Assembly (NCBI GenBank): GCA_016287565.1
Contig: JAEFAM010000002.1
Span: 7,648-71,647 of the forward strand
Direction: 5' to 3'
DNA length: 64,000 nucleotides
DNA from: Clostridia bacterium
Lineage (GTDB): Bacteria; Bacillota; Clostridia; UBA1212; UBA1255
Under the pieces are notes generated by a model that was given only the letters and a program-made list of their open reading frames with translations, did not search any database and had not been told where the DNA came from. This document shows positions 17,157 to 26,856 of the stretch, piece after piece (within the stretch, counting starts at the first letter, position 1; every line of letters begins with the position of its first letter). The position numbers and the translations under genes were made by a program.

Positions 17157-19247
17157 TCATCCTTCTTTTTCGATCAGATACTCTGAGAAAGACAGCCTGG
17201 GCGCCGGAACGCGAAGAATGCCGTCCCGTACTATCCCGTCTTCGGCGGGTCCTTCTGTTATCTGCTGATCGTTAAGTCTGTTCATCGAAAGCAGTTCTCC
17301 GCCCTTCAAAATGACGCCCCTGGCGATCCCTTCCCTTATCCCGAAGGCGGAAAGGTCTATCTCCACTTCGTCGTCCTGTTCGGAGCGGTTCAGCACGTTA
17401 AGCACCAGCGCCGAACCGTCCTTGTTTTCGGAAAGCTGCACGCTGACGGGATCCGTGCGCAGGGCGTGGTAGTTTTCGATCTCAATCGTCCTTGCCGCCT
17501 GCGTATTGGCGAAACGGTGCATCATCATTCCCGCGGCGGTAATATAATAGCCTTCCTTGGGCGTCTCCAGCACGGACTGGGAATGGGTATTGGCCAGGTT
17601 GTTGAAATTGATGAAGTCCACAATGTCGCCGTGCCTCTGCCACATCATCATATTGGCCGCGGCGTCCAGGGCGTAGGACCATTTGCTGAAGAGGAAGCAT
17701 TTGTTGTGCCGCATCTCGGAGCGTGGCACCATATTGTACACGTCTGCGCCGTTCAGCGGGAGCCATTCCGTGTTGCAATATTTTAAGTTAGTGCCGTGCT
17801 TTTCGTTGTACGCGCGGAGGATGCCGAGCTTGCGCTCCAGGTCCTTCTCTTCTATGCCCCGGTCGGCAAAAAAGTCGATATATTCTCCCGCTCGTTCCAG
17901 CATCATTTCCAGCGTTTCGTACCCGTGGCAATATGAGATCATTCCGATCTTTATCGTTGGGTCGACCGCCTTCATCGCCTTGGAATACATGACGCAGGTG
18001 TCGGCGTACTCCTCGGCGGAAAACCAGCGGTGTATCTCGTTGTCCATCTCCCAATATTTTACGTTGTATGGCTTTTCCCTGCCGTTGGCCGCGCGCTGCC
18101 TTCCGCCTTCGGTGGTGAGGTCGCCGTTGCAATATTCCACCCAGGCTGCCGCTTCCCTGGCGCCCAGTTCCTTGTCCGCGAACTGTTTGAGGTCGCGTCC
18201 GTGCCTGGCGGCGGGTATGTTTGGATCGTCGGGATCACGGTCGAAATATTCCTGAGGCACGTAGTCGTAGAACCGCTTGAAGGGGTGGAAAAGGTTGACG
18301 CAGATCATGGATTCGCCGCCTACCGCCTCTGCGTAGGAAACCAGCTCGTCGGTGCCTATGTCGTTGTACCTGAAGCCGCCCCAGAAATCCGAATACATGG
18401 GCGTCCTGTTTTTGCCCACGCCGTCGCGCCAGTTGTAGAAGGAGGCGAAGCAGCCTCCCGGCCAGCGTATCACTTTCGGGGCAACGTACCTGCCCGCTTC
18501 CACCGCGCTCTTTTTAAAGCCGCCTATGGCGTCATCCGGCGTCAACGAAAAGTCGTCGCACAGTATTTCGCTCCCTTCCGGCGTCAACAGCGCGAAAGTG
18601 TACCGTCCTTCTTTCGGCACGGCGAGCGAAGCTTTCACTTCGGCGAAATCTCCTTTAACGTCCAGCGGGGCAACGCACACCGGATCCTTTACGGTATTCT
18701 CCCTGTAGAGCGCCGCGAAAAAGCCTCTGCCGGAACTGCCGGGCCGGACAACGTCGATCCTTCCTCTGAAGCTGTAATTGACGCCCGGGAAGCAATATTT
18801 TCCGTCCTGGGCCAGGCCTCCGTCGCCGCCGCAGTTGTTGACAACCCTCATTGCGTGGGTGCCGTTGACGCCTCCCTCTACGATGCCGATGGTGACGTCG
18901 GCGCAGGGCGACTTTTCGATTACGAAGGTGGAATCGTCCCGTATCTCCTGGTATCCGGCAGTGCCCGGGAACGCGAACCAGGCGTTGTGCTCGTAGGAGG
19001 AATGGTACCAGTCGAACACGCGCCAGTCGGTCTCGCACCGGGACTGAAGGTCGTTCTCGTCCTCCAGCAGGTCGAACCAGATCTTGTTGATCATGCGGTA
19101 CGGATAGAAGGGCTCGAAGCTGCGGTTGAAGAACAATTCCGCGGCCATACCTTCCACCTGAAGGCCGTATCCCAGCTCTATAAAGTTGGAAGCCAGCCTG
19201 GGGCTTATGGCTGTGGAATGGTATTTTTGAGTAGCTTTAAGTTTCAT
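17157..19247 (-). CDS. Clan GH-A glycoside hydrolase, GH51-like (putative alpha-L-arabinofuranosidase)
   Basis: IRWPGGCFASFYNWRDGVG resembles the GH51 RYPGGNFVSGYNWEDG block. The NE acid/base region is KYWEMDNEIH. Start placed at ATG 19247 (MKLKAT) with GAGG Shine-Dalgarno; the longest ORF starts with TTG at 19274. Confidence 0.6.
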   Translation of the reverse strand: MKLKATQKYHSTAISPRLASNFIELGYGLQVEGMAAELFFNRSFEPFYPYRMINKIWFDLLEDENDLQSRCETDWRVFDWYHSSYEHNAWFAFPGTAGYQEIRDDSTFVIEKSPCADVTIGIVEGGVNGTHAMRVVNNCGGDGGLAQDGKYCFPGVNYSFRGRIDVVRPGSSGRGFFAALYRENTVKDPVCVAPLDVKGDFAEVKASLAVPKEGRYTFALLTPEGSEILCDDFSLTPDDAIGGFKKSAVEAGRYVAPKVIRWPGGCFASFYNWRDGVGKNRTPMYSDFWGGFRYNDIGTDELVSYAEAVGGESMICVNLFHPFKRFYDYVPQEYFDRDPDDPNIPAARHGRDLKQFADKELGAREAAAWVEYCNGDLTTEGGRQRAANGREKPYNVKYWEMDNEIHRWFSAEEYADTCVMYSKAMKAVDPTIKIGMISYCHGYETLEMMLERAGEYIDFFADRGIEEKDLERKLGILRAYNEKHGTNLKYCNTEWLPLNGADVYNMVPRSEMRHNKCFLFSKWSYALDAAANMMMWQRHGDIVDFINFNNLANTHSQSVLETPKEGYYITAAGMMMHRFANTQAARTIEIENYHALRTDPVSVQLSENKDGSALVLNVLNRSEQDDEVEIDLSAFGIREGIARGVILKGGELLSMNRLNDQQITEGPAEDGIVRDGILRVPAPRLSFSEYLIEKEG

Positions 19248-19319
19248 ATGCAGCCTCGCCGAATCCGTCGTCAATAAAAGTCGTCAAGATATGTCGTCAA
19301 GTAAGTTCGGTATGGCCGG

Positions 19320-21122
19320 TCATTTGTAAAGCGGCCCGAAGTTCTTGCAGGCCCGGAAATCGGCGCCTTCCTTGTCCATGCCGAAAGCGTTCCAGGCGGC
19401 GGGACGGAATATGTCTTTGTCGGGGACGTTGTGCATGCACACGGGTATTCTCAGTATGGAGCAGAGCGTGATCAGATCTGCGCCGATGTGGCCGTAGGAG
19501 ATGGCTCCGTGGTTGGCGCCCCAGTTGTTCATTACACTGTACGCGTCTTCGAAGGGGCTGCCGGACCTGCCGTCGCAGCGTGGCGTGAACCAGGTGCAGG
19601 GCCAGGTAGGATTGGTGCGTTCCATCAATATATCCGTGACTTCGTCGGGCAGTTTTACGGTCCAGCCTTCCGCGATCTGGAGCACGGGGCCCAGGCCTTT
19701 GACCAGGTTAAGGCGGATCATCGTGGCAGGCATTTCGGCCCTGGTGACGAAGTGGCTGGAGAAGCCGCCTCCGCGGAAATTGTCGAAGCCGGCCTCGCAC
19801 CAGACGGTGGCGGCGGTCATCTTTTCGATGTCTTCGTCGTTGACCTCCCACCAGCGTTTCATCAGGTGATTGCCCTCGGCGTCGGTGGCCTCTCCGCAGG
19901 CGTCGAGACAGGCGGCGCCGGAGTTGAGCAGGTGGATTATGCCACCGTTCTCCCTGGCCTTGCCCTGGAATTCGTAATTCGCCACCCGTTTTACGGCGTC
20001 GGGAGACCAGTAGGTGCGCACGTCGGCGAATATCTGGGCGCGGCCGGTGAGCAGCTTCATAAAGAGCATCCCCATGCCGTTCAGGATGTCGTTTTCGGTG
20101 GCAAGCACGTAGGGCTCCCTGGCGCCTTCAAAGTCGAAGGAGGAGTTCAGCAGCGCCTCGGGATAGTCGCAGTTGGGCCAATGGTCTGTCCACTGGCGCT
20201 GTCCCTGGAAGCCGGCGGCGATGGCGTTGTGGCCGGAAGCTTCTTCTTTGAACTGCGGAGGCAGCCGGTCGCTTCCGCCCATGAGGTCGCGGATGATCAG
20301 ATACATTTTTACGGTGAATTCCCACTGTTTTTTCTTCTGTTCGGGAGAGAAACGCACGAAATCCGGGTTGTCGTCCCGGCCTTCCTTACAATGTTCGAAG
20401 GTCCAGGCCAGCGCCCGCTCGTAATCCTCTTTGTTGTATATCCCCTCTTCCATGCGCCTGAGTATCTCAACTTCGTCAACGGATTCCACCCGCATGCCGA
20501 AGTAGTCCTCCATAAACGCCTGGTCCATTATCGACCCGCCGATGCCCATCGTCACCGAGCCGATCTGGAGATACGATTTGCCCCGCATGGACGCCGCGGC
20601 AACGGCTGCCCTGCCGAACCGCAAAAGCTTCGCGGCAACGTCGTCGGGTATCCTGTCCACGTCTCCCACGTCCTGCACTTCGTGCCCGTATATCCCGAAG
20701 GCAGGCAGCCCTTTCTGTGCGTGTGTGGCAAGCACGGATGCCAGATACACCGCTCCGGGCCGCTCCGTGCCGTTGAAGCCCCAGACCGCCTTTATAGTAT
20801 GCGGGTCCATATCCATGGTCTCTGATCCGTAGCACCAGCAGGGCGTCACGGTCAACGTGATGTCCACTCCTGCTTTTCTGAATTTCTCCGCACACGCCGC
20901 GGATTCCGGCACCCGGCCAATGGTCGTGTCCGCCACGATGACCTTCACGGGCTCCCCGTTCGAATAGAAAAGGTTCTCCTCGAACAGCTTCTTCGCCGCC
21001 AGGGCCATGGCCATGGTCTGGTCCTCCAGGCTCTCTCTCAGCCTCATTGGCCCCCGTCTGCCGTCAATAGTCGGTCTGATGCCTATCACCGGTTCTCCGC
21101 CGATAAGTCGCTGCTTTTTCAT
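19320..21122 (-). CDS. fucI: L-fucose isomerase (also acts on D-arabinose)
   Basis: N-terminus [26 protein letters not shown] matches E. coli FucI ([31 protein letters not shown]). About 600 aa, as for FucI. Confidence 0.85.
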   Translation of the reverse strand: MKKQRLIGGEPVIGIRPTIDGRRGPMRLRESLEDQTMAMALAAKKLFEENLFYSNGEPVKVIVADTTIGRVPESAACAEKFRKAGVDITLTVTPCWCYGSETMDMDPHTIKAVWGFNGTERPGAVYLASVLATHAQKGLPAFGIYGHEVQDVGDVDRIPDDVAAKLLRFGRAAVAAASMRGKSYLQIGSVTMGIGGSIMDQAFMEDYFGMRVESVDEVEILRRMEEGIYNKEDYERALAWTFEHCKEGRDDNPDFVRFSPEQKKKQWEFTVKMYLIIRDLMGGSDRLPPQFKEEASGHNAIAAGFQGQRQWTDHWPNCDYPEALLNSSFDFEGAREPYVLATENDILNGMGMLFMKLLTGRAQIFADVRTYWSPDAVKRVANYEFQGKARENGGIIHLLNSGAACLDACGEATDAEGNHLMKRWWEVNDEDIEKMTAATVWCEAGFDNFRGGGFSSHFVTRAEMPATMIRLNLVKGLGPVLQIAEGWTVKLPDEVTDILMERTNPTWPCTWFTPRCDGRSGSPFEDAYSVMNNWGANHGAISYGHIGADLITLCSILRIPVCMHNVPDKDIFRPAAWNAFGMDKEGADFRACKNFGPLYK

Positions 21123-21205
21123 ATGACACCTCCGGAATGTATTTCGGTTTTTCGTTGGGTCAATTGTACCAAAAAAAGTGGTGGTTGTCCATCGGGAAAA
21201 GCGAA

Positions 21206-21325
21206 TGTTGAACCCTGATATGTTGTCAGAAAATTCAGGGTTCAGCTAAATTCGTCCTGACGAACGAGCGGAATTCGTCCTGGCGGGCGGGCGAAATTGC
21301 TCGCGTGGCGAGCGGCTCTTGTTTA
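21206..21325. repeat. Class-2 hairpin plus a short mini-hairpin/octamer array in the fucI upstream region
   Basis: TTGAACCCTGA-20 nt-TCAGGGTTCAG, then CTAAATT-CGTCCTGACGAACGA-GCGGAATT-CGTCCTGGCGGGCGGGCG-AAATTG-CTCGCGTGGCGAGCGG. Confidence 0.7.
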
Positions 21326-21517
21326 AATCGTTGTATTTCTTTTTGGAACGTCCGCTTCTGACGAATGGGATGAAATCAACAGGTTTGTAAGAAACGCAAG
21401 GCCAAGATCCAGGAATCAAACGCTATTGTCAGCGCTCGATTGACCCTGAACTTGCTTTTCACACCCGCTTGCCGATAAAATATTGACAACGAATGAACGC
21501 GCAGAAAGGGCTCGGAT

Positions 21518-21724
21518 ATGATCAGGAAGATAGACGTGCCCGCAGAGGCCATGGTGGAATTAAAAAGACGCCGAGATCATAATAACCGGATCGATAATCT
21601 ACAGGATCAAAACGTGGATACCACCGTCATTCCGGAAGTATCCGATTCTGTTAAAAACCAGTTGAGAAAAGATTTTAAAAAGGACATGCAAGGATATGCG
21701 ATTTTTTGTCGTCACATTATTTGA
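21518..21724 (+). CDS. Small hypothetical protein (68 aa) in the low-GC leader of the sigma-factor operon
   Basis: ORF only. Weak RBS, no motif. Could be non-coding. Confidence 0.25.
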   Translation: MIRKIDVPAEAMVELKRRRDHNNRIDNLQDQNVDTTVIPEVSDSVKNQLRKDFKKDMQGYAIFCRHII

Positions 21725-21760
21725 AAGGGATCAGGAGACGAAATTATCCAGGGAGAAACA

Positions 21761-22345
21761 ATGACAGGCCTGACAAGTGATATTTACAACAACATAACTG
21801 ACGAAGAGATAATTGCCATGCTCGAGGGACGGGACGAAATGGCAATGGGATTACTGGAATCCAGATTCCGTAATCTTATACGAAGCACTTCTGTCCGGAT
21901 CCTCGGGAATGAGCAGGACGCGGAGGAGTGCGTCAATGATGTGCTGCTGAAGATCTGGAACAGTATTCCGCCGAACAAACCATCGAATTTAAAAGCATAC
22001 GTGGCTGTCGCGGCCAAAAACAACGCGATCGATCGTTATAAAGCGCAGCGGCGCAAGGGCCGGATCCCTCCGGAAAAACTGGAACCGCTGGAAACTGCAG
22101 ACAACATCGGAGTGTTAGATATTGACCGGGATGATAAAGAAACTGTTGCCGCGCTGATAGCCGATTATTTAAACGGAGTCAGCTCTGAAAAAAGAAAGTG
22201 CTTCATTGCCAAATTCTATTTCGGGGCAAAAGATTCCGAGATAGCAAGGAAAGCAGGAGTGCCTGTGGGGACTGTTTCATCGACATTGAGCAGGATGCGT
22301 AAGGAACTGATTAAAAAACTGAAAACGGAAGGAATAAGGTTATGA
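21761..22345 (+). CDS. ECF-subfamily RNA polymerase sigma-70 factor
   Basis: Region 2 (ECVNDVLLKIWNSI) and region 4 HTH (SEIARKAGVPVGTVSSTLSRMRKEL). GGGAGAAACA-ATG ribosome-binding site. Confidence 0.8.
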   Translation: MTGLTSDIYNNITDEEIIAMLEGRDEMAMGLLESRFRNLIRSTSVRILGNEQDAEECVNDVLLKIWNSIPPNKPSNLKAYVAVAAKNNAIDRYKAQRRKGRIPPEKLEPLETADNIGVLDIDRDDKETVAALIADYLNGVSSEKRKCFIAKFYFGAKDSEIARKAGVPVGTVSSTLSRMRKELIKKLKTEGIRL

Positions 22346-24375
22346 AAAACAAAAAGCTGAAAGAATATATGAAATATTTGCCTCAGGAGATGCTGTCTGA
22401 GGCCGAGGAATTTGTTCCGTCCGTCCCAGAAGTGAGTTCTTCATCCGCCGGCAGGGCGAAGAAGTTTTTTGGCTCGACCGCGTTCAGATTTGCTGTCGAA
22501 GCTTTGGTGGTCGCGGCTTCGCTGGCTGCAGGGATAATTATTGCTATCCGGTTAAGTAAACCCGACAGTCAGGATAAAGGAAACGAAACGACGATATCAG
22601 AGGGGACAGAAGCGCCGACGCAGGCCGGGCAGGTTACTGCTGCTCCGACGGAGATTCCGACGATGCTTCCGGCAACACCGGCTGAAACTACTGCCGCCAC
22701 GTCAACGACGACAGTGCCTCCTACCGCGACGCCGACGAAATTGCCTTCTTCGGAGACGCCCGTCGAGGTGGTACCCACTGCGACGTCAACTGTAACAACA
22801 CAGACGACTGTTCCGCCGACAGCGACACCGACAGCCGTACCTCCGACAGCGACATCAACCGCCGCACCGACTGCTTTGCCTCCTACAACTACGCCGACGA
22901 AAGCGCCTTATACCGCTGCTCCGACCGCAGTTCCGCCGACCGCGACCCCGACTGCCGCACCTCCGACGACGGCGCCTGCTACAGTACATCCGGACTGGTT
23001 TTCAGGACCTGAGGCAACGGTAAGGCCAGACCATATTGCCCCGGAAGGAGCAGCGGAATACATTATATTGCCGACGAAAAACACCAGATCGGAGTTGTTC
23101 CCGGATGTTCTTCCGGAATCAGTGAAGCTTGACGGTGACAAAGCATATTTCAACGTCCGCAGCAGGATCGAAACGGTCCTGATAGACGAAACCGGCATGA
23201 TGTACTTTTTAAAAGGCGAAATGTATATCGACCAGATATACCTTTGCGACGTAACGCGGAACGGAAACAGCATAATACTCACAGCGAAAAGCATACATTT
23301 CAGGCTGAAATGCACTTCAAATGAAGATTACAATGCGCTGGTGTTTACGGTAAAATACCAGGAAGACTCAGTGGGCAGTAACGTTCAATGTGTTAAAGAG
23401 TTACTTGCCGGAAAGCTATATTACGATTTCTCCGCAGGAAAATGGAATTCGCTGCTGCTCCCGGGACCGAACGTTGTAAACGAATTGACTCTGAACCTCG
23501 GCGGTACCGAGGGGTATCCTGCCGTAATCGACACCTCGAACGCATCAGGCGGTACATCCTCAATAACCAGCTTCCGTTATGAATTTGACGGTTCCGGAAA
23601 ACTCAGCAGTTATGCTAAAATTTTCGGAGCCTGCAGATATGAGCAATATTTTGAGAACGGGATACTTGTACGCGAATATACGGTGAACAGTTCAGACAGT
23701 TCGACTGAAAAAATATACAATCTGGAAGGGATCGACCTGTATACACGGATCATTAACGGAGACACCGAGACCGTCCGGGAACGGTACAAAGACCGTGCGG
23801 ATCTGGTTTATGAGACAGTCAAGATAAAGAAGAAGGAAAGTGATACCAGATCGACGTATACCGAAAATGTATATTGTTATAAAAACGAGAGCCGTACGGA
23901 AACGTTTCTGTACAAGAATACTGTGACAACGTATTATTCTAACGAATGGCAGACGGTTACAACTAAAACGTATCGTCCTGACGGCCAGGAGCTTAGCAGT
24001 ATTACGGATTTTGGCAACGGGTCGTGTTCCGAGATATTGTATGTGTATCGTGATTCCGGTGTGATCGCAGAAAAAACGACCATAATTACGGAAAACGGCC
24101 TGCGCAATCGGTATACTCTGCTAAGATATAACGAAAAAGGAAAAGCGATCTATTATTTTGATGAGCTTCGATATTCCGACGACGAATTGCACTACTCCGA
24201 AGATCACTATTATGATTCCGGTCGGGCAAGGATCGAAAGAAGATATGCGACCAACGGCGGAATGGATCCGAATGATCCTCCGTACAACTATTACCGTTAT
24301 TATGACGAGGCGGGCAATATAATCAGATCCGGCGTCGTTGCCTACGTCAATGGCGAGTGGATCGAGGATCCGTGA
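22342..24375 (+). CDS. Single-pass membrane protein co-transcribed with the ECF sigma (putative anti-sigma/sensor) with a Pro/Thr-rich linker and an extracytoplasmic YD-repeat (RHS-like) domain
   Basis: ATGA overlap with the sigma gene. One TM helix (FAVEALVVAASLAAGIIIAI). A PT-rich linker of about 170 aa (VPPTATPT repeats). C-terminal YD-type repeats (KTYRPDGQELS, HYYDSGRARIERRY, YRYYDEAGNIIRSG). The second half has lower GC. Confidence 0.65.
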   Translation: MKNKKLKEYMKYLPQEMLSEAEEFVPSVPEVSSSSAGRAKKFFGSTAFRFAVEALVVAASLAAGIIIAIRLSKPDSQDKGNETTISEGTEAPTQAGQVTAAPTEIPTMLPATPAETTAATSTTTVPPTATPTKLPSSETPVEVVPTATSTVTTQTTVPPTATPTAVPPTATSTAAPTALPPTTTPTKAPYTAAPTAVPPTATPTAAPPTTAPATVHPDWFSGPEATVRPDHIAPEGAAEYIILPTKNTRSELFPDVLPESVKLDGDKAYFNVRSRIETVLIDETGMMYFLKGEMYIDQIYLCDVTRNGNSIILTAKSIHFRLKCTSNEDYNALVFTVKYQEDSVGSNVQCVKELLAGKLYYDFSAGKWNSLLLPGPNVVNELTLNLGGTEGYPAVIDTSNASGGTSSITSFRYEFDGSGKLSSYAKIFGACRYEQYFENGILVREYTVNSSDSSTEKIYNLEGIDLYTRIINGDTETVRERYKDRADLVYETVKIKKKESDTRSTYTENVYCYKNESRTETFLYKNTVTTYYSNEWQTVTTKTYRPDGQELSSITDFGNGSCSEILYVYRDSGVIAEKTTIITENGLRNRYTLLRYNEKGKAIYYFDELRYSDDELHYSEDHYYDSGRARIERRYATNGGMDPNDPPYNYYRYYDEAGNIIRSGVVAYVNGEWIEDP

Positions 24376-24469
24376 ATTTGATCTTCTTTCGAGAGGGAAA
24401 CAGCAAATGTTAGTTAAAGGAACAAAAGCGCCGGATCTCACACTTCCGGACCAGAACAAAGTCATTGGT

Positions 24470-24655
24470 ATGCGCGAAGGAAATATTTAGCCGCTCGCCA
24501 CGCGGGCAACATCACTCCGCGAAGCGGAATTTCGCTCGCGCCAAAGCGCGAATTTAGCTGGATCCGCAGGCTTCAATTTAGCTGAAAACCGCAGGCTCCA
24601 TTGTCACTGAAAGCCTGCGGTTTTCAATTTAGCTCGGCATAGAGGGCTATCACTT
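24470..24655. repeat. Mini-hairpin/octamer array plus a class-1 hairpin between convergent genes
   Basis: CCGCTCGCCACGCGGGC-AACATCACT-CCGCGAAGCGG-AATTTCGCT-CGCGCCAAAGCGCG-AATTTAGCT-GGATCCGCAGGCTTC-AATTTAGCT-[class-1 hairpin 24584..24625]-AATTTAGCT. Confidence 0.8.
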
Positions 24656-26329
24656 TTCCCTCTTGTCCTTCTCCCTGATCTCCACGCGGCGGATCTTGCC
24701 GCTGATGGTCTTGGGCAGCTCGTCGACGAATTCCACGACACGGGGGTACTTGTAAGGAGCGGTGGACTTTTTGACGTGGTTCTGCAGCTCCTTCTTAAGC
24801 TCGTCGGAAGCCGTGTAGCCCCTTGCCAGCACCACGGTGGCCTTGACCACCTGGCCCCTGAGTTCGTCGGGGACGCCGGTGATGGCGCATTCCAGCACCG
24901 CGGGGTGGGTCATCAGGGCGGATTCCACTTCGAAGGGGCCGATGCGGTAGCCGGAGCTCTTGATGACGTCGTCCTTGCGGCCAACGTACCAGAAATAGCC
25001 TTCCTCGTCGCGGTAGGCCAGGTCGCAGGTGTGATAATAGCCGTCGTGCCAGACTTCCTCGGTGAGTTCCTTGTCCTTGTAATAGCCCTTGAACATGCCG
25101 ACGGGGCGGCCTTTGGAGGTGTTGATCACGATCTCACCCACTTCGCCGGGATAGCAGGAACGCATATCGTTGTCGACGATATCCACGTCGTAGCAGGGGG
25201 AGGGTTTGCCCATGGAGCCGGGTTTTTTCTTCATCCAGGGGAATGTGCAAACGAGGGCAACGACTTCGGTCTGCCCGTAGCATTCCCGCATCTCGATGCC
25301 GGTGGCCGCCTTGATCTGGTTGAACACTTCCGGATTCAGCGCCTCTCCCGCCACGGTCAATTCCCGGAGCGACGACAGGTCGTAGCTCTTCATATCTTCC
25401 TTCATCATGAAGCGGTACATCGTTGGCGGCGAGCAGAAAGTGGTGAGTTTGTAGTCCTGCATCTTCCGGAGCAGTTTGTTGGGATCGAACTTGTCCATAT
25501 CGTACACGAAAATGGCGGTCTCCCCCAGCCATTGACCGTAAAGCTTGCCCCAGACGGCCTTTGCCCAACCCGTCTCCGCCACCGTCATATGAAGGCCGCC
25601 CTCTTTAACGCTGTGCCAGTAACCGGCGGTGATTATGTGGCCCAGAGGGTAGGCGAAATCGTGTATGACCATCTTGGGATAGCCGGAAGTGCCGGAAGTA
25701 AAATACAGGAGCATGGTGTCGTCGTTGTGCACCGCTTTCTCCCCCTCCGGCCTGGGGAAAACGTCGGAAGCGCTTTCCACGCCCTTGTCGAAATCCAGCC
25801 AGTCGCCTCCCGGGAACTCCCCGTGGCCGCCGGCGGACAATTTAAGCTTCAGCGTGGGCGAGGTCAATTGCGCCTCTTCCACCTGCTTGTAAAAGTCGTG
25901 GTCCGTGGTGGCGATGATCGCCTTCACGTCCGCCCTGTTGAACCTGTAATCCAGGTCCTTCGCCGTCAACAGGTGCGTTGCGGGCACGGCAACGGCTCCG
26001 ATCCTGTGAAGCCCCATCAGCGCGTACCAGAACTGGTAATGGCGCTTCAGCACCAGCACCACGCTGTCGCCCTTCCCGATGCTCAGGCTCGACAGATAAT
26101 TGGCCGCGCGCATCGACAGCTTCGACATCTCGCCAAACGTGAAAGTCCGCTCCGCGCCATGATCGTCGCACCAGACCATTGCCCTGCCGTCCGGATCCTT
26201 CTCCGCCAGCGCGTCCAGCACGTCGTATGCAAAATTAAAATCGTCTGGGACGTTGATCCGCAGATTCGCCTTCATATCCTCGTAAGACGTAAAATCCGCT
26301 CTGTTAACGTACTTCTCAAAAAATGCCAT
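24650..26329 (-). CDS. AMP-forming acyl-CoA synthetase (ACSM/medium-chain fatty-acid-CoA ligase-like)
   Basis: AMP-binding motif YFTSGTSGYPK, YGQTE, and the C-terminal KTISGKIRR lysine motif. Start at ATG 26329 with AGGTGG Shine-Dalgarno. Confidence 0.8.
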   Translation of the reverse strand: MAFFEKYVNRADFTSYEDMKANLRINVPDDFNFAYDVLDALAEKDPDGRAMVWCDDHGAERTFTFGEMSKLSMRAANYLSSLSIGKGDSVVLVLKRHYQFWYALMGLHRIGAVAVPATHLLTAKDLDYRFNRADVKAIIATTDHDFYKQVEEAQLTSPTLKLKLSAGGHGEFPGGDWLDFDKGVESASDVFPRPEGEKAVHNDDTMLLYFTSGTSGYPKMVIHDFAYPLGHIITAGYWHSVKEGGLHMTVAETGWAKAVWGKLYGQWLGETAIFVYDMDKFDPNKLLRKMQDYKLTTFCSPPTMYRFMMKEDMKSYDLSSLRELTVAGEALNPEVFNQIKAATGIEMRECYGQTEVVALVCTFPWMKKKPGSMGKPSPCYDVDIVDNDMRSCYPGEVGEIVINTSKGRPVGMFKGYYKDKELTEEVWHDGYYHTCDLAYRDEEGYFWYVGRKDDVIKSSGYRIGPFEVESALMTHPAVLECAITGVPDELRGQVVKATVVLARGYTASDELKKELQNHVKKSTAPYKYPRVVEFVDELPKTISGKIRRVEIREKDKREK

Positions 26330-26739
26330 CAGAACCACCTTCCATTCCTCGGAGTAAATATGAATCGGACGGAAGTTCCGGGGACAAAAAAACTCGTCTC
26401 AGAAACGAGACGAGGTCAATGACTTCGTTATACCACTCGGAATTCTGTCGGATTCGGTACGCCCCGGCCCTTTTCCTGCTGAGCCTCGCGCACTTAAATC
26501 TTCCGCCTGTCACGGGACGCCCCGGAGCCGCTTACCACCGTCTCCGGCTTCAGCCGCCCGGCTCAGGAGTGATCTGCTTCCGCCCTTCCTCACCGCATTG
26601 CACCAGACTGCGGCTCTCTATAGAGGACAATGGCGGCGCCCGTCTCCGTCAACGCCGTTACGCGAATTATACTCCTCGTTTCCCGGCGGCGCAAGTGGTT
26701 TTTTGCTCGGGACAATACGCGGCGCGCGGAAGGACATGG

Positions 26740-26856
26740 TGCGCATGGCGCGCAGTGATATTGCTCGCGTTGTGAGCAGCGAAATTGAAAACCGCAGGCT
26801 CCATTGTCTCTGAAAGCCTGCGGTTTTCAATTTCACTCGCGCGTCAGCGCGAACGC
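26740..26856. repeat. Class-1 hairpin flanked by inverted octamers, immediately downstream of trkH
   Basis: CAGTGATATTG...GCGAAATT-[GAAAACCGCAGGCT-CCATTGTCTCTGAAA-AGCCTGCGGTTTTC]-AATTTCACT-CGCGCGTCAGCGCG. On the minus strand the hairpin is followed by UUUUC, so it may also act as the trkAH terminator. Confidence 0.75.
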
